A stretch of 64,000 bases of DNA from Raillietiella orientalis (lineage: Eukaryota). The stretch is taken from assembly GCA_036172245.1 (NCBI GenBank), contig JAYWIR010000019.1, positions 1,612,001 to 1,676,000 on the forward strand. The letters are read 5' to 3'. The translations under genes and the position numbers were made by a program. Below the pieces are notes generated by a model. The model saw nothing but the letters and a program-made list of their open reading frames with translations. It was not told where the DNA came from and did not search any database. Positions 48,336 to 61,370 of this stretch are shown piece after piece. Position 1 is the first letter of the stretch; every line of letters begins with the position of its first letter.

Positions 48336-49964
48336 GCCACGCGAGGAGGAGACCGCAGCCGCACTGCCTCCAAGGCGGGGGTGTTGTGATACGGCAGGAC
48401 TCGAATGCTTGGGATCCACGCACAGCACTTGGCTGCTGTTCCCGCTGGCATTCCCTTCAACAACGGAACGCCTCACTCTTTTCCACGTCTATGTCATAGC
48501 GATCCTGAGCGCCATCTGCCAACTAGTTCTGCATGGCATCACACAGACCCTTCGTATCGACGCTTCACCACGTGAACATCTCTACGACTATCGTGACTCC
48601 CACATTGATCATCGTCATCGTCGTCGTCATTTAACAATGTTGCTACGCAGGATTTCCAACGTCCTCTGCTGCTCCCTTGGCCTTACGGGCGTTCGGAAAG
48701 CCGTGCTTTGTACGTCTCCTTCCGGAGGCCGCGCGCCGTTGCGCTTCCTGGCAAAGAAGACTCTGTCAGTGCAAATCAACGGGAAGAAGAATGGTGAATT
48801 TGCAACTCTTCTCAGTTCCTCTCCGCATGCCCCTTGGGGATGTCAGTGCCGGCAGCAAACCTTGGCAACCACGTTCTCTCCCCGCCGCCTCCGTCTTCGC
48901 ACTCGCCGTGGAACCGAGTTGTTACCAGCATTCGTATACCTGACCAGCACAACGAGCTGAAAGGAGTGACCTCGCATGCGATCTGCGTTTCCGGTGGAAC
49001 TCCTTTTCACGCAATCCAGAATTTTCCTTCCTGTTCTGTTTCTTTCTTACCTGACGCAAGAACGGTAGATGGAACCGCAAAGACTCCCTGAAGGGATGCT
49101 GCTGCTCAGGCGGCTACCAGATCGAGGACTTGCTGATTCGACGACCGCTGTGGAATTCTATCAGCAGCCGGAGGTGTCCCTGATTTCCTTGGAGACGACC
49201 TGGAGTTCCCACGCGTTCCCATATCTCCCGAGTAAGCGGCAACTGCCGAGGTGTGGTGCTGAGTCGGGGGTGAAATCGGTTCCCTGTTCTTCTTGTTTGC
49301 TCGTCTGTGTACCGGACGACGACTCGGACAAAAGGCAGGCTACGACCAATGCATGCAGCAAAAACGCATACTGCATACTGCCGGAGCGTTGGGCACTGCT
49401 AGCGTCGTCAGTAGGGACGGGCAAACGCAGCTGGCGTAACCAGTGGGAATCCCAACCTCGTCAGTATAATGGCCGAGAACCTGGAATGCCGCTCCCAAGT
49501 TTCCAGGTCACCGACGTTGACTCGGACGGACACCGCACCCCAAGTTGTTGGGGGGTGGGTGGGAGAGGGTTCGAAGAGCAGCGTGGTTTTCTGCATCTCT
49601 TGCTCCCGAATACAACTCTTCAGGAGGTCAGAAAAACTACCGGCATGCTGCAACGTGAAGACGGGCATCCCGCACCGGGGGAATCAGGCAAAAAAGTTGG
49701 CAGCCGTTGCGATTGCAGCACCACGTGCGATGGGTTGATGGTAATGCGTCTGGTGCAAGGACCCATAAAAGTTTTTGTTTTTGTTTTTTTTTTTTCCTTC
49801 CTTTTCTAGACTCTCAGACAGACAGCCAACTGCTTAAAACACCGCACTGCACAGCCGTGTCACCGCAGACGAAAATCTCGCCACTCGGACCAGGGTGCCC
49901 CACGTCCTTCTGGGGCCCGGAATCCTGAACGTCGAAATGCTTAACGGTCAAAATCCCCCAAAAA

Positions 49965-51000
49965 TCATCAAAAATAAATATATATGCTCATTATATATAT
50001 TCATGTACAGATTAATATGTATTTTTTATGAAAATTATAAAAAATAAATACATATGTTTATCACATGTATTAATATGATGAATAATGTGTTTATTATATA
50101 TGTTATTGTACATAGATTGATATACAGGTTAATGCATATTGTCAAGACCATAAAAATTAATATATATATGCTTATTATGTATATCAAGATACATATATTT
50201 ATATACACACTAATATAAAAATTTAAGTCAACATACATGTTTACTAATATTTATTAACATACACATTTTGATATAATTAATAATATGTGTTTATATATAT
50301 CATAACGATTTCAAAAAATAAATATGCGTTTATTATATATATATAAAATGAATGTGTAAACTACAAAAATATAAAATAAAAAAATAACGGTGACAATTAA
50401 ACAGTGGAGACAAAAAGAATTTGGTATTTCCTTTTCCTGTCACTTCAGCATTCAACGAACGAAAGTGTCTCAGCAAATGATGAATTCCACTTTCGGTGTA
50501 CTTTGACAGTTTGGTAAATTTATGTCTCATAATTCAATAATCATATATTCATTTAATACATACTTAGTATACACCCAAATATATATGTGCATTAATATTT
50601 ATAATAAACACGTGCAGTTATTTTTGCAATCTTTAATTCATGTGTTAATATATCATTTTTTTATGCTAATGATACGTATGTCAATAAATATTAATAAATA
50701 TGTATGTTCAAATAAATTTGTATGTGAATCTCTATATAAACACACATAACAACATGTATTTATTTTTCATACTATTTATATTTTTACATATCGGCATGCA
50801 TATTTATATTTTATACCCTTTCAAAACATGTATGTTAACCTAAATGCAATTATACATATTAATGTGTAATAAACATACTATAAATTATATTAATAACATA
50901 CGTGTTAATAAATGTGTATGTTAAAATAAATCTGTATATGAATCTATGTATAAATAAACAAATATACATATATATTGACAGAGGCATGAATATTGATTTT
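49965..51000. repeat. Extremely AT-rich block with internally repetitive, oppositely oriented arms (foldback-like)
   Basis: AAAATAAATATATATG.TTATT-like modules recur at ~49972, 50041, 50152 and 50314. TACATAGATTGATATACAGGTT (50109-50130) matches the reverse complement of 50929-50950 at 20/22. A direct repeat occurs at ~50697 and ~50912. Confidence 0.6.
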
Positions 51001-52249
51001 AATGGTGGCTGTGCCTCCTGGGAAGCAGGTGGATCTGAACCACATGCACAGACAGTTCCTCTTTGGATTTCGTTCTGCTCCTCATTCAGCTGCTTCCGTC
51101 ACGCGTGGGCTCCCATCCGCGCAGTTGTCTTCGGGAAAGGAAAAGAGAGGTCTCCTGGGGACCTGGTAGGCAAGAGATGCTGCTGCTGCTGCGGGATGAC
51201 AAAAAAAGAAAAAGAAACAAAAGGAGAAAAAAAAAAAATCTTCCTGCTCGCCAAGAGCGGATTTTGTGACTCGGGAACGTCCGCCCTCGAGGAAGCAGCT
51301 GGTGGTGGTGCGGAGGGAAGCCCATAAGCACGGAACCCGAACGACCCAAGAGGAAAAAGTAGCGGTTTCAAGAGCCCCACCCACTGCCGTTTCCAGGCAG
51401 CTCACCTGCCGTGCGCCGTGCATCTCTCTTTCGGTCACGACAGCAGCCGGATCCCGCGACCCGAGACGCGACTCGGACGAGCAAGCAGCAGCAGCGTCCC
51501 GGCAGGCTCCGCTGCGCAGCGCCTGCCTTGGGAGCAGATTCGGCTCCCTGGACCTCCGCGTCCCGTACTGCACGGCACGCCCGGCGGCAACGGCGGGGCT
51601 TCAGCGGGTGAGTCAATGCACGAGGAGCCCCCACCACCACCACCACACACACACACACACACACACGAAGAGCTGCGCATCCCTCGGACAGACACCGCCT
51701 TTCCCCGACCCCGTCACGGGAACCCAATGCCTGCGATGACCTACGCCCCGGACGCGCCCGACGACACCAGGTCACGATGGGGCCACCGGACCGTCCAGCG
51801 ACGAGCGACACGGCGTGACCCGAATGCGAAGACGTGACAAAGACTTCGACACGGCGCGGCTTCTGGCTGTGCGGCACGGAAGATCCGCGCACGCGCGAGG
51901 AGGGGAGGGAGGGGGGAGGGGGAGAACGCTCGGCGTGGCGGACTCGGAGAAGCTCCGCCGCCGGAGAGCGAGAAGCAGACGGCACGCTCGCGGGTTCGTC
52001 GCGAGCCGCCTCCCAAGGATACCATCCCTTCCTCGGAAAAGAGGGAGGCAACGGGAAACCCCGCAAAAAGGGCCGCTGACCGACTTTGCCCGGGGACGCG
52101 GCGCCCTCTTGCGCTGTCGCGTTCGTCTTCGACCGGCGGCCGCTGCAGTTACGCCCCGCGTGTCCTGCAAGCCGGCAGCCTGGTCCCCGTCGTCGGCTTC
52201 CAGGGGCGATGGAAATCCTTTCGGGCTCTTTCTTTCCCGTTCCGCCAAC

Positions 52250-52400
52250 CGAGGTCAACCAGCGTCGTCTTACGGGGGAAACTAGAAACCCACGATGCAC
52301 CCATTTCTCTGGCGTCGATCCTCCCCGGGAGGGATTCGAACCCGCGACGTTTCGCACTGCGCGCGGAGGTCGCAGTCGCACGGCCTCCTCGAGGCGCTGA
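52250..52400 (-). mobile_element. tRNA-derived SINE-like head
   Basis: Minus-strand B box GTCGCGGGTTCGAATCC at ~52332-52348. The flank GGTCAACCAGCGTC.TCT..GAA.CCCACGA..CATTTCTCTGGCGTCGAT is shared with the copy at ~62910-63000. Confidence 0.7.
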
Positions 52401-52906
52401 CCCAAAGCGCGCGCGCGCGTCCACTTCGCTCCGTCCGTTCCTCCGCGGGGAGCAAAAAAATGACTCGTCAACAAGAAGCTGATGAAGCAGCAATCCAGAT
52501 AAGTGTATTTCGGTTAACAGAAGGCAGTGCAAGAACACGGAGAGGAATGGGGAAGTGGAAATAAAAAAAAATAACATAAAATGAAAAGAAAAAAAAAAAA
52601 AAAAAAAATTGTCCGGGAACGAAAACAAAAGGCGAAGGAAATCCACTCGTTCCAATGAAAACTGGAGATGTTTCTTTCTTTCTTTCTTTTTCTTTTTTCT
52701 CGCCTGAGGCTCAGATCTCTTCCCCGTGGTTTCATCCTTGACTAGATCGCACATTTCGCTAATCTTTCACGAATCCCAGTGGACTCTACGGCGACTACTT
52801 GCAGGGGTGAATGGCATAAGCAGCGTGCGAGACGACAGGTCATCCGCTTTGAGAAGGCAAGAACGTAGGTCCTTCCAGGGTTTGTTCGCGCCGCCGATCA
52901 GCATCT

Positions 52907-55900
52907 TCACACAGAGCACCTGCCAAGCAGAGGGTCAGTGATGGCAGCGACGAGCAGGGAGCACGGCAGCAGCAGCAGCATCCCAGCGACGAGGTGGAGC
53001 CGAGAGGCCGCGCCCGTGGAATGTAAGAGAGACAGCTGGTTTTCGGAACCTGGAGCGGTCGACTTGGCCGGGCAGCCCATCCAGAAAGGTGCCGAAAGGG
53101 AAGGCGTCGGGTTTTTCACCCTCATGTACAGGTCGCTGAATTCCCAGAACACTCTGTCCTTGAAAAAATACGTCTTCCCTGGAAGAGGACGGGGAAAAAG
53201 AAAACAAATGGGTGAACCCTCCTTCGGAAAAACCGGGAGCGCAAGAAGAGGGCGCCGCCGTTCAAAGCAAAGGGTGAAGGGCTGGGAGCGGTGCGGCGGT
53301 GCTCGAAGCCGACAGCAGCAACGGCGACGACGCCGGCAGGACCTCGTCGGTCTTCACGTCGCAACGGAGTCCCGGCGAGACCGAAGACCGAGGTATCTTT
53401 TAAGAACACCGCACGAGTGCCCTCGCTGGCGAAATGGGGCAACGATAGGGGACGTTGCAAGCAACTGGCCGCGTCCCGAGAACGCCTCTGCGCCCAAAGG
53501 AGAGAAGGGGCGCCCTCCCGGCTTGCCTTGTTTCCCGCAAAAGTGCGCGCACGGGAGCAACGGTGACGCACGAAGCAGCGCGCACGCGCGTCACTGGCAA
53601 CGACTAGAGCGCAGTGCTGCCACAACACCCTGCACAAAAAAAACCTCAACGAATTCATGAGCGTTTGCGAATTAAGCACACATAGTTACATTATTATTAT
53701 GCTATTATCCATTACAATAATATTATTAATCACAATATAATTTATCAACTGACATCGTAAGTATAATTACATCATTATTATATTACTGCCAATTATAATA
53801 TCAGTTACGATACTATTATATTATTATTGATCAACTGACATCGTAAGAGCAGTAGCACGGGAAGCACGCAACGGCAACATGAGTGAAAAAGAAAAACAAA
53901 TTCATGCTGCGCCCGCTTCCCAATCCTAGCGACGGTGGCCGCCCTATACGCGTCTTCCTCGGATCGGCCGCAGACAGCGGCGAGTCGCAACTCGACCTGC
54001 TCTGTCCTTAGAAAACCCCGGGGCGGAAGACACACTAGAGTGCCGAGGCGTTTGACCAGAGTCCCTCAGGGTCCGCTTCGCGAGGGAGGTGAGGTGGCCG
54101 AGAGAGACACGAAACAGCTGGCGACCGTCGGTGGCGCTCTAGGCGTCACGTGCCCTTACACGAGTGCATCAGCGGTGTTGGATGGGAGGGCCGGTCAAAA
54201 CAGGGGAACCGCAAGTGCCGAGGACTAGCTGGTTGCTTCGCCTCTGAAGGAGCTGCTCCCCGTGAGGTTTAACAGGGATCCTGGGATGCGAGCAATGATG
54301 ATGGAGCGTTGAGGGAATCGAAAGTTTTCGAGAAGCACGTCGGAAGAGAGATGGAGCACGCAGCGTTCCTGGGAACAGTGAAGCTGATGACAAGAGAAAG
54401 GAGGAGAGGAGTGCGGAAACTTTCCCTTTCATTTGTCCGCACGCACACACTCCTTTCTTTTTTTTTCTTTTTTTTGCGCAGCTGCACGAACAAAAGTCCA
54501 ACAGTGCGAGCCACAGTGACTCGACCCTTCCATTTTGCCGGACGGCAGAGTTGCCCGGCACGATTCCCGCAGGAAGCTCTCTGACTTCGGCGCCTGCCCA
54601 GCCCCCGAACTCTCCAAGGACCAGGCAGGCCGGCGAAAGGCCGAGAGCGGCTGGAGGCCATTGGCGTTTCGCTCGCGCGCCTTTCCCTGTTGCCCACAGA
54701 GAGAGCACCCGGCGTTCCAGAAGAAGGCGTCGATCGAATGGATCCGCTGCTTTCCTTCCTCCCCTTCCTCCTACCCCCTCTCGGGAAGCTCGAACGTCCC
54801 CAAAAGAACCGCGCGCTCTCGCACAATGGGGCGGAATCGGCTGAGGGAAGCGCCGGCAGGCGGCGGCGCGCGAAAACGGTCGCCAAGGGGAAGGCGCAAG
54901 CCGCCGTGCGGTCGTCCTCAGCCGGCCTGGGTGGCGCGGCTGCCGCACATCCCACCGCTGCGGCATAGCGCGGCCGCTTCCCGGCTCGCGCAGGCGCGAT
55001 CAGGCCGAAGGGGGACCGCGCACGCGCGCGCTCGACAGACGCGGCGGAAGGAGCAAACCCTTTTACCGGGACCGAGAGGAGGGAGGCAGCGAGCTGCGGA
55101 AGACACGCAAAAAAACACAAACAAAATGCAGCCCGCGAGGCCGCCGCATCGAGGGCGCCCCGTCCAGGGGTCGGGCGTGTCTATTTTTAGGGTGTGCGCC
55201 GGCGAGACCGAGGCAGCGGCCTAACCAACCCGCCGGCCTGACCGCGGGATCCCGCAGAAGGATCTCCGCTCTCTCTCCCAGCACCCGAGCGCCCTCTCCT
55301 CCGCCCGACGCGGCGGCGGCAGGGAGCAGAAGCTCCCGGTCCGGAGTCTGACGAGTTCGACAACCTTGTGGGGCGAGACAGGGACCGCGGGATGACTATT
55401 TTTAGGTGGCGGCCCGCGTGCCAAGCGAACCGGAGCGCGGCTGTTCTTGAAGGTGGAAGGGCCGGGCCTGCTCCTTTTCCTCTTCCCTTCCTCCTCCTTC
55501 CTCCCTCTCTTCCTCTTCCTTTTCTATTCCTTCTTCGCTTCCTCCTCATTCCTCATTCTCCTCTTCTTCCTTCCCTTCTCCCTCCGCATGTTTGATGGGA
55601 TGCTCCTCCTCCCCTCCCCCTTTCGTAAAGAGCCTTCGAACCAAACGGCTCGCCTGCAGCGCGAGTTGGGGAGCGGCGGCGGTGGCTTCGGACGCTCCGG
55701 CCAAAGGGCAAGGGGAGGGGATCGAGAAGGGCAAGTGGTGGCGGCGGCCTCCTCCTCCCAAGGACGAAGGCGCGCCCGTACCGTTCTTGTACTGGAACAC
55801 GGAATCGATGTAGTAGGGGACTCCTCTCCACACGGCCATGTCCCGAGGGTAGTCCAGTTCCACGCGTCGCCTTTTCTCATCGAACCTGCAGAGGGAAGAA

Positions 55901-57284
55901 GGAGGGTGAGAGAGGGGCAGGGTGCTCCCCCCTCCCCCTCGGTCGGTCCGGTCTCCCCCGACCCCGGGGGGGGAGGCGTGCGCGCGCACGCCTGAGGGCC
56001 TCACCTCCAGTATACGGTCTCGGCGAAGAGGTACGTCTTGCCGTTGTGCCCCCACACCATGGCTGCGTCGACCTTTTCGACGTCTCCGGAGAGGCCCAGG
56101 TCGGTCAAGGGCCTCGGGTACCCCGCAGTCAGGTAGTTTCCGGAGAAGACCCAGTAGTGCTTGCCTACGGTCCTCGCGCCACGTGCTGCCCGGGGCCTCC
56201 CTCCCACGGGCGCACTCACCGATGAAGAAGACGATCTTGTAGTCTTCGGGTCTCTCGTAGACGGCGTCCACGTGCGTGAGATTGGCGGGCAGGTTGGGCC
56301 AGAAGCGCACGATCTTCACCGGGTAGCCCTTCTCCAGACCGCGCTCCCCTATCCTCCAGAAATACTAGGGAGACCGCGTTGACCATGGCTCCCCACCTCC
56401 GCCCGCCCGCTTACCGGGCCGCGGAAGATGAACAGCTGCCCCCGGATCAGGGTGATGGCGTCGTAGGGGGTGTCGCATGTGTGCGGCTTGCGGGATCGCT
56501 GCCTCGGCGTGCTCTGGGAAGCTCTGAAAGAACGCGTCGTTGAGGTAGTCGTGGTGCGGACGGGAGGGCGCGCCTTCGAGGAAGTCTGCGTCACGGCGGG
56601 GGTCCTGGAGGGCGATTTGAAGCCTGCCGGGGGAGGAGGAGGAGGAAGGGGATAGAGAACGCCCGTTCGGCGGGGGGTCGATCCGTCAAGACGCTCGCTT
56701 TACCGTAGAGGTACTGGATGCCTCTCAGGTCGTCCGTGGGCAGGGGCACGCCCTGCACGAAGTCTCCTCTGTACCAGGGGTACATCAGGGCGTTCTCGTC
56801 CGACGAGTGGGACAGCCCCAGGGAGTGGCCGAACTCGTGGGCGGCCACCGCGTACAGGCTCAAGACTGCGTGGAGAGGGGCATCCTGCGTACACGACAGC
56901 GTACCAAGGAAAAAGGGAAACGAAGGCGCCTTACAGTCGCTGTAGGGGTGGTTTGACGACAGGACCCACGTCTCGTCCGCGTCGAAGTGGGCGTCCCCTC
57001 CTTTCCCCTCTCCGGGGAAGAAGGCGTGGGCGAGCACCGACCCGCGTCCGTCGAAGGGGTAGCCGTCGCCGTGCATGCCGCTGCGCCCGCCAGTCGGCAG
57101 CACCTGAGGTGTTTCCGGCTGGGGTGGCGCCGTCAGTTACCTGTAGAACCAGACCAAGATGTCCGCGTCGCGGCTCCTGGTTTCGGTGAAGGTCAGCTTG
57201 GAATGTTTCGACCACAGCCGCAGGGCGGCATCGATGTCCTTGCGCAGGTACCCCACGTCCAGGCCAGAGGGTCCGTGCCCGAGG
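52907..57284 (-). CDS. Matrix metalloproteinase, membrane/GPI-anchored type (similar to arthropod Mmp2); signal peptide and pro-domain exons lie outside the window
   Basis: Exons 57141-57284 (..[24 protein letters not shown]), 56935-57080 ([32 protein letters not shown]) and 56704-56865 ([11 protein letters not shown] zinc motif, ALMYP Met-turn). Then a Thr-rich hinge and hemopexin exons ([49 protein letters not shown]). The last exon 52907-53178 encodes GKTYFFK..FWMGC plus a hydrophobic tail. No PRCG cysteine switch was found in 57300-64000. Confidence 0.94.
53526..53661. repeat. Dispersed intronic repeat, copy 1 (copy 2 at ~58084-58222)
   Basis: AGCGCGCACGCGCGTCACTGGCAACGAC.AGA.CGCAGTGCTGCCACAACACCCTG.ACAAAAA(A)CCTCAACGAATT.ATGAG occurs at 53577 and 58141. 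Confidence 0.85.
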
Positions 57285-58083
57285 CTGCAGCAGAAAAACA
57301 CGAGCATTCGCGCGCGCACTTGCGGGCGCTCCGACGGCTCAGCGCGCGACGCGCAAGGGGGCCTGAGAAGGGAAGAGAAAGGGGGGCAGGCTGGCGCGAC
57401 TGCGAGCTACAAGCTCCTGCCTACGCTCGCCGGTAGGCAGGAGGGAGACAAGCACCTGAGCGGGCGAGCGAGACGCCACGTCCAAGGATGTGCCTGAAAC
57501 GAGGTGCGGGTCGGTCGCATCGCTGTGGGCAACCGGCGCCCCGGATCCGAGGGCGCAAGACCGATCCCGTCGGTCGCTGCTCGTTGCTCACGGCGACGAG
57601 GACTGTGCTGTCCCCCCTCCCCCATCCGGTGGAGACCCCCGTCCCCGCTGCCCGGAGCGCAGCGGCATCGAGAGAGGGCGAAAAAAGGCGAGCGCTCCAA
57701 ACAACCGAAGCAAAACGAATGCCTCCGAGAGGTCACGTCTGGGGGAGGGGGGCTGAACAGGATTCTTCGCGCCGAGACCCTCGCCATAAAACGGGCTGCT
57801 GCAGAAGCGGTCGCAGCAACGGGTTGGGAGATGGTCTCCACAGAAATGCCTGGATGTCACGAGGTCCTTCCTGCTTCCGGCTAGGAATATTCGTCAGGCA
57901 CCCGGCAAAGAAAGGCACTGCGCGCCACAAAGGACGGGCAGCGAAGAACCACGAATCAACAGGACGCCCCCCGTCCTACCCAACTCCCCCGGGGATCTCG
58001 GCGGCCACCGCTCCGAACTTTCAGCGACTCCGCGCCCGGAAGGGGATTCATCCCGGAGGACGCTCCGGCCGATCGTAAAGAAG

Positions 58084-58222
58084 CCTCGTTTTCCTCATAA
58101 GCTGCGTGTACACGCGCAACAGTGACGCGAACAGCGCAACAGCGCGCACGCGCGTCACTGGCAACGACCAGAACGCAGTGCTGCCACAACACCCTGGACA
58201 AAAACCTCAACGAATTTATGAG
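58084..58222. repeat. Dispersed intronic repeat, copy 2
   Basis: Same-orientation match to 53526-53661. Confidence 0.85.
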
Positions 58223-60969
58223 ATGGCGACACGGGGAGATCGAGACCCTGGAAGATCCCACGAAGAGTGCGTAGGCAACCTCCCTCGCCGCCGGCGCTGC
58301 TTCCCCTCAGGGAACACATGGGCAGCAGCCTTGCGGCTAGATGAGAGGTCACTGTGGAAATCCTCGGAAGGAGGTAAGGACTGGCGAGTGGACGACGGAA
58401 CAGCTCATCGACGCTGCGACCCCGATTGCTTGACCTCGTGGACTTTTGCGCTGGGGCGTCCTACTGGGTATTCCGGAGGAAGACCTGTAGTGGTCCCCGG
58501 TGCTCATGAACATCCGCACTCTCCTCTTATAGTGGCAGGAGTCGACGTTGATGCTGCTGCACTGGGGCCTCCCGTGCAACGCCCCCCGGCATCACTGGAC
58601 ACCCAAAGGTGCGGGTAGAGGGAATCCCTCCCGCACCTCCTAGTGGACCCCGACCCCTTTGGAAACGCTTTGCCGAGACCCTTGGACCCCCCGGCAACGC
58701 CAGAGTCGCAGGAAGAGTCCTATGCGACGCCCTAATGCCGGCCGCATCCCTAGCAGCACTTTGCATCCTACGCAGGATGGTGGCTGCATGAAGCAACAAC
58801 GCCAGAGGCCAGGATGACAGGGATGCCATCTATTGTGCTGTCCTCTTTATGAGGGCAGCGTCAAGGTGGCCCCACCTGGGAATCTTGAAACAGGAACTTG
58901 CCGGCATCCTTACAAGGAAGCAGAGGACGCCCTCCAGCACACAGTGATCCCTTCCCGAACCCGTCCCACCTCCCCCTTCATCTTTCTGACTGTATGTTTT
59001 TTGTTTTATTTTTTTTTCTTTTTGTTTGTTTCCCCTTCCCCTGTGCTGCCGAGGCGAACTCCGCTGGACTGCGTGCCAGTTCCCGGCAGGTTCCTTCTCG
59101 TATAAATAAGTAACGCGCGAGATCGAACGTCCTGCCACAGACGCGTGCGTTTATTTTTTATAAATAAATGCCCCGGAGTGACCGAGTGTTGACCACCCGA
59201 TCGTAAAGAGGCGGTGTTCGCAGGCACCACCGGCGGGCGGAGGCCAGGACGTTCCGTCGTGCCCGGAGAGACAGACCCAGCAGCGGATGCTGGGAAGGCA
59301 GGCGTCCGGAAGGAGGAAGACGAAGCGGACGTTTGGGAAGTACCCGGGGTCGGCGTGCGCGCGGGCAAGAAAGTCGCCTCGAGTGACGGGCGGTCCAGAG
59401 CTATGAAGTGCTCGGACCGAAGAAGGACTGCATCCTGCACTGGGGCAGCGTCCAGCCCCAGGGCATTCCGGCTGATGCGACGCCGAGCACCTCCGCTTCG
59501 CAGCTTGCGGATCGATCCGCACGGCGCGACCCGAGCTTCTGCCGCGGTGGGCGTTGCCCTCCCAGGCACGGCTCTGGCCATCCGTGCGGAAGAATCGCAA
59601 AGCCCCACCCACCCTCAATGACCGGAGGGCGGGTCCAGAAAACCTGGTGACCCCGATCGAGAAGGGTGTGGGCGGCCGCAGCACTTCGCACCCCGGGACG
59701 AAGGGACGATGGTCACGTTGGTCTCTTGACCTCACGATCGACCTCGGGCGGCTCTGGGTAGGGAAAGCGGTAAACCGGGGATGGAAGATCTCCTCGGAAG
59801 CACCGGCGCGGAATCATTTCGCGTAAGAAGGGGTGACCCGCGTGACTAGGAGGCGCGTGACCCGGCCGACCGAACGTCCAATTCGTTCACGAGAGCGAAC
59901 ACGAGGCTTGACATCCCGGGCTCCTTCGGGTTCCTGCAGCCGCGCGTCCCCGGAAACACAGACCCTGGGCTTTTGGCCCTCCTGGAAGCGGCGCTTCGCC
60001 TGGTTCCCGGCACCCGGGTGCTCTGCACAACGCTCTCCCAGCCCGAATGCCCTCCCCCCCTCCACGGAGGAAGGTCGGGCCGGCTTTGAAGAGGGCGGTG
60101 TCCCCACCTCGGTCCTCGAGCTGAGGTGATAAGGACGCACGAAGAGCAGCCGTCGTGATGGTGCTCGGACCTTCCCGTATGCGCAGACCCCGCAGCCGCC
60201 GCCGCTGCGGACGGTGCCAAGCTGATGCCCGCTCGTCGTTGCCGACCCTCGTCTTCCAAGGGGAAGCGCCCACCCTGGGGCTTCTCCAGAGTGCCGAGAG
60301 CCGAGACATCCTCAGCAAGGTCTCCGGTCGTCTACGCACCGGTGCGCGACTGCTGTGACACCCGGGGTCCGAGGGATCAAGCCAGGAGAACCGGGCCGCG
60401 TTCAAGCGCCGGAATCCCGGAAACGGGGAAATTCCGCTCCCCGGCGCCTCGGCACAAGTTGCCCGGCAGCTTCCTCTGGCCCCGGGGAAGGACGACCGAG
60501 CGGCTGGTCGGGGCGGAAGAGGTTACCCGCGACCGACCCGCATTCGGCGGCGCCTTGGTGCCCTTACGAGTCGAGCTCGCCGGAAGCGTCGCTCCTATCC
60601 GTACCGCAGTCTCCTCTCAGCGCGGACTTCCCTACCCCGGACGTTGCCTAGCAACGACGGCGGCCGGTCTCGCGCGGCAGCGCCCCTGTACCTGCAAGAT
60701 GTCCGCTGCTTGCGGAGCCATCGAAATCCGAGGCGAGGAACCGGAACGAGACACACGGGTCCCACAGAGGCGGCTCCGCAGCAGGAGGAAGAAGGGACCA
60801 ATGCCCCCAGGTGTTGCTTCCCGAGCGTGCCGACTCTTCGAGCTGAACTCGGAGGTCCACGACCTTCTCGTCCCGTTCCTCCTTACCTGGCCGCGATCGC
60901 CGTGCATTCTGCAGCGACCACGAGACCCGCGCTGACCCCGGTACAAGAACCGCCAGACACCGAAAACTA

Positions 60970-61370
60970 GGGGCTCACGGAGCTCTTTGACGCTGCCCTG
61001 CGCCACCCAGGGAAGCGTTTAACCCTTCAGGTGGCGGAAAGCAAATCCCGGAGAGACCACCCTGTGAATCCAGGGAGGACTCCGGAGGAAAGAGTTCCGT
61101 TCCTCTCGCGCTTGGTAAGGGGAACCCTGAAGAGGTCAACTTCCAATCCCGGCCACTCGCCGGGGGCAACAGGGGCTTTCCGACATCCATCAGTGCCGCC
61201 CCACCTCATTCCCGTGGTCCGACGAGTGTCATCCTGCGGGGGAAGTGGTGGTGGTGGTGGGGACTCGAAATTCCCCGTGTTCTCGGCGTCCGTCCTTCCC
61301 TGGGAGGGATTCGAACCCGCAACTCTTCGCGCAACGCGCAGCGGCCTCACTGCCGCCGCCAACTAAGACC
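60970..61370 (-). mobile_element. tRNA-derived SINE-like element
   Basis: Minus-strand head TAGTTGGCGGCGGCAGTG...GTTGCGGGTTCGAATCC (A-box-like and B box). The body GGCTCACG.AGCTCTTTGACGCTG and CCAATCCCGGCCACTC is shared with ~62340-62860. Confidence 0.75.

Noticed and set aside
41843..57284. BCCIP next to an MMP, resembling the human BCCIP-UROS-MMP21 neighbourhood
   Set aside because: This MMP has a GPI-type hydrophobic tail and looks like arthropod Mmp2 rather than secreted MMP21, and no UROS is present. Probably coincidence without phylogenetic support.
60885..60912. Possible MMP micro-exon (CAG|AATGCACGGCGATCGCGGCCAG|GTAAGG, minus strand)
   Set aside because: Good splice signals, but the 22-nt length and phase do not fit the downstream exon, and no pro-domain sequence is encoded.
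61295..61370. tRNA gene
   Set aside because: It has a B box but no proper acceptor stem or 7-nt anticodon loop, and it is attached to a dispersed repeat body, so it is a SINE head.
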